A program made the translations under genes and the position numbers. A stretch of 64,000 bases of DNA from a virus (lineage: Duplodnaviria > Caudoviricetes), in the IMG/VR virus record IMGVR_UViG_3300006734_000007, positions 1,907 to 65,906 of that record. The stretch is one strand, 5' to 3'. Under the pieces are notes generated by a model that saw only the letters and a list, made by a program, of their open reading frames with translations, did not search any database and was not told the origin of the DNA. Below, piece after piece: positions 59,001-64,000 of the stretch. Each line of letters starts with the position of its first letter. Within the stretch, counting starts at the first letter, position 1.

Positions 59001-61169
59001 TTTACCAAATGGAGTTTTAGTTATATAACTTTCTCCTTTTCCTAAAAATCTTTTACGGTATATTTCAGGATATTCAACATTACTACTAACTTGAGCCATT
59101 GGTAAGTCACCACCGTATTGCATTTTAAGACCTGTTCTTTCTGCCCAATCACTATATTTTTCGTCTTTCCCTCTTCTGTAAAATTTATTGTTTTTAATAA
59201 AATCTTTTGTAGAAACTCCAAACATATTTGCCCATTCATCTAATTGTTGCTGATCTTCTAATTTTGATTTATTTAACAAATCTTTAGAAATTTGTCTAGC
59301 TTCTTTTTTAGATTTATCATCCCATATTTGTAAATATTTACTATATCCTTTTTGCATTTTTTTGTCACTAAGAGTAGGCATTCTTTCTCCTGTTTTTGCA
59401 AAAATTCTGCTATTATCCAAAGGAGAATATTTTTGTTCAGTAGAACTTTTTCTATATTTATCAAATAATGATTTAACATTACTAGACTTAAAAGATTCTT
59501 GGCTTTTAGGACCAACTATATTTTTAAATCTTTTCATATCTCTAAGCTGTCCCATTTTTTCTCTAACCAAAGGTCTAGCTTCTTTTTTAGAAAGATTTAA
59601 ATCTTGAGTATAATATTTATAAAGATCTTCTTTAGCTAATGGCATTCCTTTTCTCATTATTTTTCTTTGAGAATAAGAATCTATATCATTACGAAAAGGT
59701 TGTCTTCCTATTATTTGTCCTGTTGTTGGATCATAAATATTAGCATCTACTGTTTGCCCTTTTCCTCTAACAATTGGATCAAATACAAATCTTGATAAAT
59801 TCCAAGGATGATCTGATACAATAGGTTCTTGGTAATTGCCCGTACCTGGTAAAAAATAACCTTTACCTGTTTCAGGATCAATGTTTAAATCTCCACCTTC
59901 CGGTACAGTTTTAGTCCCAACATCATAATTTTTACCAAAACCATATATTCTTAAATATTCAGATGCAGGTATATTATTACTAACTTGAGCTTTTGGTATA
60001 CCACCTCCGTATTGACGTTGTAAAATTCCATATTTAGTTTTAGGATCTATTTTGTATTGCCATTTTTGTCTATAATCAAATGGGCCTGCTCCTGTAGATT
60101 TAACTGTACTTTCTAAAGTATTAATAAAATTTTTCTGTAGCCACGATTCATTACTATTAGCATCATCTTGCCAAAATCCAAAGTCATCTTTTCTTTCTAC
60201 ATTTATAATATCTCCTATTGTATCTACAGTAGTATAGTTTCTTCCAAAACCATAATCTCTTAATCCATGCAATTGACCAATCCAATCTTCAATAACATGT
60301 TCAGGAACATCAGGAAATTGTTCTTGAAGTTTTTTTGACATCTCATTATTCATTCCTGTATATAATGCATCTTGAATAATAGGCATTGCTTTTTTAGGAA
60401 TAGTTAAAGTATCAGGCAAATATCTTTCATAATCTTTAATTTGAACTGCAGTTGGATCTCCTGAATACGGTTCAAATATATTATTAGGTCTTCTTGTCAA
60501 ATACATATTGAATAGACTTTGTTCAATAGCACCTGGAGTAGGTCTACCAAACTCATCTACTTCAGTACTATAATCTTGAGCAGTATCTAAATCAAATGCT
60601 CTTTTTGCAAAAGAACTCCATTTTTTATCATAACCCGCATTAGTATTTATCCCACTTGATAGATTTTCTAAAAAAGGAGCTAGTATTACTTCAGCTGGAT
60701 CATTAGGAATTGATCTAGTATTTAACACAGAACTTTCTTCTCTACGTTTAGATTTAAGTCTAGCTTCTTCTCTTCTTAACTCATCTTCAGCTTTTGCTTT
60801 TGCAACAGTAGGCCCTAAAGATTTCAAATCTTCTTCTCTTTGTCTTCTTTTTTGAGTATCAGAAAAAAATGCTTGAGCTGCATAATCAGGAACACTTGCA
60901 CTAACCTGAGCCATTGGAAATTCATCTACATAATCTCCTGGAAAAGAATATTCCCCGCCTGGATACATCATTTGCTGATTGCCAAAGTTATCTATTCCTA
61001 ATACTGGATAAGGAACTCCAGCCATAGTAATTTGATTACTTGGTATTCTTGTTGGTTGACCAGGATGAGCCCATTGTCCTTTCGGATCATATATCATATC
61101 CTTTAGAAAAGGGTTTTGTTTTTTCTTTGCTGAAGACTGGACCTGAAGTTCTTTTCTATTATAGCTCAT
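56061..61169 (-). CDS. modular polyvalent virion protein (1702 aa) with C-terminal zincin-like domain
   Basis: N-terminal DPKGQWAHPG...ITMAGVPYPV...VDEFPMAQ domain, modules separated by AQVS linkers, TM-like hairpins, HEIGH at 56655-56669. Confidence 0.75.
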   Translation of the reverse strand: MSYNRKELQVQSSAKKKQNPFLKDMIYDPKGQWAHPGQPTRIPSNQITMAGVPYPVLGIDNFGNQQMMYPGGEYSFPGDYVDEFPMAQVSASVPDYAAQAFFSDTQKRRQREEDLKSLGPTVAKAKAEDELRREEARLKSKRREESSVLNTRSIPNDPAEVILAPFLENLSSGINTNAGYDKKWSSFAKRAFDLDTAQDYSTEVDEFGRPTPGAIEQSLFNMYLTRRPNNIFEPYSGDPTAVQIKDYERYLPDTLTIPKKAMPIIQDALYTGMNNEMSKKLQEQFPDVPEHVIEDWIGQLHGLRDYGFGRNYTTVDTIGDIINVERKDDFGFWQDDANSNESWLQKNFINTLESTVKSTGAGPFDYRQKWQYKIDPKTKYGILQRQYGGGIPKAQVSNNIPASEYLRIYGFGKNYDVGTKTVPEGGDLNIDPETGKGYFLPGTGNYQEPIVSDHPWNLSRFVFDPIVRGKGQTVDANIYDPTTGQIIGRQPFRNDIDSYSQRKIMRKGMPLAKEDLYKYYTQDLNLSKKEARPLVREKMGQLRDMKRFKNIVGPKSQESFKSSNVKSLFDKYRKSSTEQKYSPLDNSRIFAKTGERMPTLSDKKMQKGYSKYLQIWDDKSKKEARQISKDLLNKSKLEDQQQLDEWANMFGVSTKDFIKNNKFYRRGKDEKYSDWAERTGLKMQYGGDLPMAQVSSNVEYPEIYRKRFLGKGESYITKTPFGKHVEKWKYNPLTKTYVAKEIDIAYKDENNPRIVYRKKEIANKNNAYAIHKKRTGMNPWEKWIEKFQVSGDVEPLVVKAPEDTQYVYNPGSNKFFLQGMFLDKLKTLQKEYKKLRKNEGYDTYLNYENAAGDSSVENLQEKTNRLKSAIDATKINYKKGKAALKYLRKANPEKFKDTKVADLYKDPETLETLRGLYKTGELEESRYNEFYKTFGKHIDANVVKGQGANAAYDAERAEQIFNPGGISTAEVAKNFALGGLGVASLPLFAAAAPVIPEALANPLINYPLTGYGVYDATTRTLPEAYRQMSQGTREGYRKGAENLAWAALDLSPLAVGDAIKSVGKLKNFNKINNVPNVKPALDEIEELRRIAQSPEKTISKYDPTNWGSWKERPIEKFEVEATLRNNRDQLKDYFPDDDFPLTENLPLSQVDRIYMTDHEIGTFKNLKESLKQHEPGTPMHDAISHAIKNYKKNIFKYKTSGKPLTGSDAFGNINVNSLIPAVGLAGATGLAMYNQYQDEGEFSPEMAGLGLLGLPLLGNIKSLKNLSKSMSTPAELKASNKLGVRSKLEGSGEDVYKASDVDIEDVADMFSSKIDWSNPNKKAHEMISDAISDVQANKVEKWSTPEGKKRLQDMIDDTPWLKEAGITPENYVESIAGLDNDNLLYLNKLQELEKNISKQNQFDNLVEEGKISRDVWMNEISKLDDEAKLIEQSIRDSRIKVNEFGPSNAYMGGRAPIDWVRTKIKNGKMEIAYMDDLPYNKHYAGLGENNLPDDMKQIIEHEIGHLLQKGAMTNLDKELENLVLKDDDLFTDIQTELSAGDVGWSKFKASPEYFGRSKRYFQEGSKGQEKLPFLLELRQDLLDRGVIKDLYDEINPKMLKTHYNKYMKQELSEGKEIPLRIFDIMKNKKDNFDLLSKVLNKAPAIVLPIAGAAAISKSSAQDDNRRFKFQSGGEVQDYTVEYLTDQEIKDLESQGFKVVVED
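58800..60917 (-). repeat. dispersed linker repeat ACTAACYTGA(GCCATTGG), encoding (PMA)QVS
   Basis: Copies at 58800-58809, 59085-59102, 59979-59990 and 60900-60917; the two long copies match at 17 of 18 nt. Confidence 0.75.
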
Positions 61170-64000
61170 TATCTAAAAGAATATTGGTTCTTGCTATTAA
61201 CTAGTTTTAAATTCATATGTTTATTTCCTGATACACGGCGTATAAGTTTAATATTACTTAAATAATGTCTAAACTTTTTACGTTGATGTTCAGGTTTAAA
61301 ATAATCTAAATAGTTTGGATTTAAAGTTTTTATATAACCATTAGGAGATGTTTCCCACATTTGTCTTGTAAATCCTGTAAACTCTCCTCTGTCATCTGTT
61401 ACATCCCAAAATTGATTAAATCTATACTTATGTTCTTCTTTAGAATATAGAATATCTATTCCATTTGCTGTAACATTAGGATAGTTTAGTATGGCCGGCG
61501 CATTATTTTTAGGCTTAAGATTTAACCTAAGTTCACCAGAAACTTGTTCTGTATTATAAATAACAGCACGATCAAAATTAAAATCAAGTACATGATGTCT
61601 ATCCACACCTTCTTCATCCCACTCATACACCTCCATTATATATTCTATACTTCGTAAAGTATTTACAACTTGTCCTGTAGGTGTAACCATATCTACTTCA
61701 AACGGATAATTAATGTTATAGAAATTACAATAACTATCAGATCTATCATTATGAATCCAAAGTCCTGTATTTTTAATACTAATGTGATTATTCTTTCCAG
61801 CCATTAATAAATCAGGATGCCAATCATGAAATGATACCCAAGCTTTAACTTTAGGATCATAAGATACTGTCCAAGATGCATTATCAAAATATCTTTCATC
61901 TCCAATTTCAAATGTTCCAAGTACATCTTGCATTGTAAAATTTCCACTTCTTTCTCTATATTGAACTAATCCTTGATATTCTTTTTTAAGTTTATAATCT
62001 TTTTTAGTAAAATAAAGAATTCCATTATTAGAATTGTAAATAGATTGGCAACCTACACCAACCACAGGATTATCTAATAAATTATAATTAGGGAAATCTT
62101 CAAGAATTTTATATGGTAAAAATTCCTCAAACCACCACTTAAGCCCGTTCTGTGAGATCTCTGTCAAACCTTGTGCATACTCAAATATCTTTCCCTGATT
62201 TTGACATATCCAATAAAGACCTGCCGGGGTATTAATAACGGATAGTCTATTTTGACAAGATCCATATTCATAAGGTTGATCAGCATTTACAAGATTTTGA
62301 AGCGGTTGACTAAATAATCCTCCATCACCTATTGTAATTTTAGTACCTGCATCTGTTTGCAATGTATCAACTCCAGGAACTTCAACAGGCGCTTCATTTT
62401 CAAATAGTATAAATGCACCATTCTTACCTATAGCTTTAATAGCAGTTACTTTACTTGTAAAGTCTTTATAGTTATTTATCAAGTAGCTTTTCCAATAGTC
62501 TTGTCTTAACTCTCTATTTTGAGGCAATGAGTATATAACTCTATTTGGCCAATAAGAGTAGCATGTTTCTGCAATCTCTGGATCATAGTTTCTGTACTGT
62601 ACTCTGGCCCAGCTTGCAAAATTTTGATATAATCTACTAACGCTTAAAGAGTAATCATACTTATAGAAGTTAATATCTGTAATTCTATCAGATCTAAATA
62701 AATTTCTAAGATCAGAATACTGATATGGATCGTAATGTCTTTGATTATCAAAATCACCCCAGTCTCTATACTCAACGTTTACTTCTGATTCTACAAAGAA
62801 ATCTTTTACGCCTGAATTAAATAGATAGAAATATCTATTCTTAACTCCATAAAATGGTACTACTGTTTGAAGTATATCATCTCCAAAAGATGATAAGTTA
62901 TTTAAAAGTCCACTATTTGATGGATTATAAGCATCAAAATTATGATAATCAGAAGGAAAACTACCAGTACCAGTTAGTTGTGTATTATTTTGATTATTAA
63001 AAGGATTACTAAATACATCTTGAATAGTATTTGAAATTTGATCTAATGCACCTTGTATAAAATCATTTACATCAAACTTATTACTATTTACCCAATAAGT
63101 TGGGTAAGGAAACATTTTACGTTCTAAATAATTATACTCATAATCATTAGGTTGTGTACTTAACCAATCATTAAAATAAAAGAATGTATTTTTTTCTGTA
63201 TATCTTCCAATATAAATATCTCCTCCAAATATAATATCAGATGTTGCACCTGCAGGGTTATCTCCATCTGTTTCAAAATACTGAATACAAGAAGATGTAG
63301 GTACTTGAACTATACCATCAATTTGCCCATATTGATTTCTTATTCTTTGTTTTAAACCTGCATAATGTGAAGATGCTCTACATGGATCTCCATTAGAATA
63401 TTGATCATACTCATCTCCAACATCAGTTTCATTAGAATATGTTCCAAATGCTTCAGTAAAAGTTAATCTACTTGTATCTTCTACACTACTGTTAACAGCT
63501 CCAGGTGTTAATACATTTCCTGAAGTAAATGGTGCACCACTAAAAAGTTGAGTTCTTAAAGCAACAGCTTTAGATCTATAAACATTATTTACTAATCTAT
63601 CGCCAAACTGTTCTATTTTATCTCCTAAATATGCCGCATTTTGTATTTCATATCTTGCATTATTATATGCGTTATCTGCTAATGTTTGATCATATAAACA
63701 ATGAGATTGATTTTGAAGTGCATACTGTCTCGCTCTTGTAAATGCATACAGTAGTTCTAAAGTTGCATTTGTAGCTTCCATCCATTTTGTAAGAAAAATA
63801 GGTATAGAATTACCTGCTTGTAACCAAGTAGGTATACCTGTAACACCTTGAGGATAAAATTCATCTATAAGAGTAGCAGTTTGACCTATTCTAGTCATTG
63901 CAGCAACAAGTGAAGTATTTAGTGCTTGTGCATCAGTTTGTTGATCATTTGCATTTCCTGAAATAATAGCCCATATATTTGAAAAATTTACTTCATCATC
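61169..64000 (-). CDS. tail stabilisation protein of crAss-like phages (5' truncated)
   Basis: Frame is open from 63898 to the window edge. IFGGDIYIGRY, YGSCQNR, SWTVSYDP...WVSFHDW and FDRAVIYNTEQVSGEL are typical of this family; beta-rich. Confidence 0.75.
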   Translation of the reverse strand, partial: DDEVNFSNIWAIISGNANDQQTDAQALNTSLVAAMTRIGQTATLIDEFYPQGVTGIPTWLQAGNSIPIFLTKWMEATNATLELLYAFTRARQYALQNQSHCLYDQTLADNAYNNARYEIQNAAYLGDKIEQFGDRLVNNVYRSKAVALRTQLFSGAPFTSGNVLTPGAVNSSVEDTSRLTFTEAFGTYSNETDVGDEYDQYSNGDPCRASSHYAGLKQRIRNQYGQIDGIVQVPTSSCIQYFETDGDNPAGATSDIIFGGDIYIGRYTEKNTFFYFNDWLSTQPNDYEYNYLERKMFPYPTYWVNSNKFDVNDFIQGALDQISNTIQDVFSNPFNNQNNTQLTGTGSFPSDYHNFDAYNPSNSGLLNNLSSFGDDILQTVVPFYGVKNRYFYLFNSGVKDFFVESEVNVEYRDWGDFDNQRHYDPYQYSDLRNLFRSDRITDINFYKYDYSLSVSRLYQNFASWARVQYRNYDPEIAETCYSYWPNRVIYSLPQNRELRQDYWKSYLINNYKDFTSKVTAIKAIGKNGAFILFENEAPVEVPGVDTLQTDAGTKITIGDGGLFSQPLQNLVNADQPYEYGSCQNRLSVINTPAGLYWICQNQGKIFEYAQGLTEISQNGLKWWFEEFLPYKILEDFPNYNLLDNPVVGVGCQSIYNSNNGILYFTKKDYKLKKEYQGLVQYRERSGNFTMQDVLGTFEIGDERYFDNASWTVSYDPKVKAWVSFHDWHPDLLMAGKNNHISIKNTGLWIHNDRSDSYCNFYNINYPFEVDMVTPTGQVVNTLRSIEYIMEVYEWDEEGVDRHHVLDFNFDRAVIYNTEQVSGELRLNLKPKNNAPAILNYPNVTANGIDILYSKEEHKYRFNQFWDVTDDRGEFTGFTRQMWETSPNGYIKTLNPNYLDYFKPEHQRKKFRHYLSNIKLIRRVSGNKHMNLKLVNSKNQYSFR

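Noticed and set aside
18015-59607. Numerous 60-130 aa ORFs on the + strand or in alternative frames within the giant genes
   Set aside because: They lie wholly inside long genes and have the I/F/S-rich composition typical of antisense shadows of AT-rich coding DNA.
58800-60917. Idea that AGT in the AQVS linkers is a recoded Gly codon
   Set aside because: The equivalent AQIS linker near 51660 uses TCA, so Ser is genuine.
1-64000. Stop-codon reassignment, known in some crAss-like phages
   Set aside because: Genes up to 14.5 kb are uninterrupted in the standard code and coding density is near complete; TGA acts as a real stop at 16626 and 53330.
1-64000. CRISPR array, tRNA/rRNA genes, reverse transcriptase/DGR, integrase or transposase
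   Set aside because: No regularly spaced repeats or such motifs were seen. Intergenic gaps are mostly under 100 bp and are explained by terminators or promoters.

Overview
AT-rich window (roughly 25-30% GC by eye) that reads as part of a crAss-like (Crassvirales-related) phage genome, probably infecting an environmental Bacteroidota host. Host evidence: TAnnTTTG promoters and A-rich starts without Shine-Dalgarno sites. The standard genetic code is used. 1-17.1 kb (+ strand) is a replication/recombination block: DNA ligase end, DnaB-like helicase, AAA_24 ATPase, probable SSB, primase, RuvC, a peptidase-vWA/MoxR locus with three related accessory genes, a PD-(D/E)xK exonuclease, PolB and DUF932. 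After a bidirectional terminator, 17.2-64 kb (- strand) carries very large virion/ejected proteins, including a 4836-aa single-chain RNA polymerase (GGDFDID), three motif-punctuated proteins and the end of a tail stabilisation gene. The most notable signal is a set of enzyme cassettes spliced in frame into the ejected proteins: a 2H phosphoesterase nested in a split PD-(D/E)xK nuclease, a nucleotidyltransferase, GNAT+SAP bounded by direct repeats, a permuted SLOG-like domain and a module shaped like a whole secreted protein. A recurring AQxS/xxGG linker also divides the three upstream cargo proteins into modules. All product calls come from motif recognition by eye; no searches were run.
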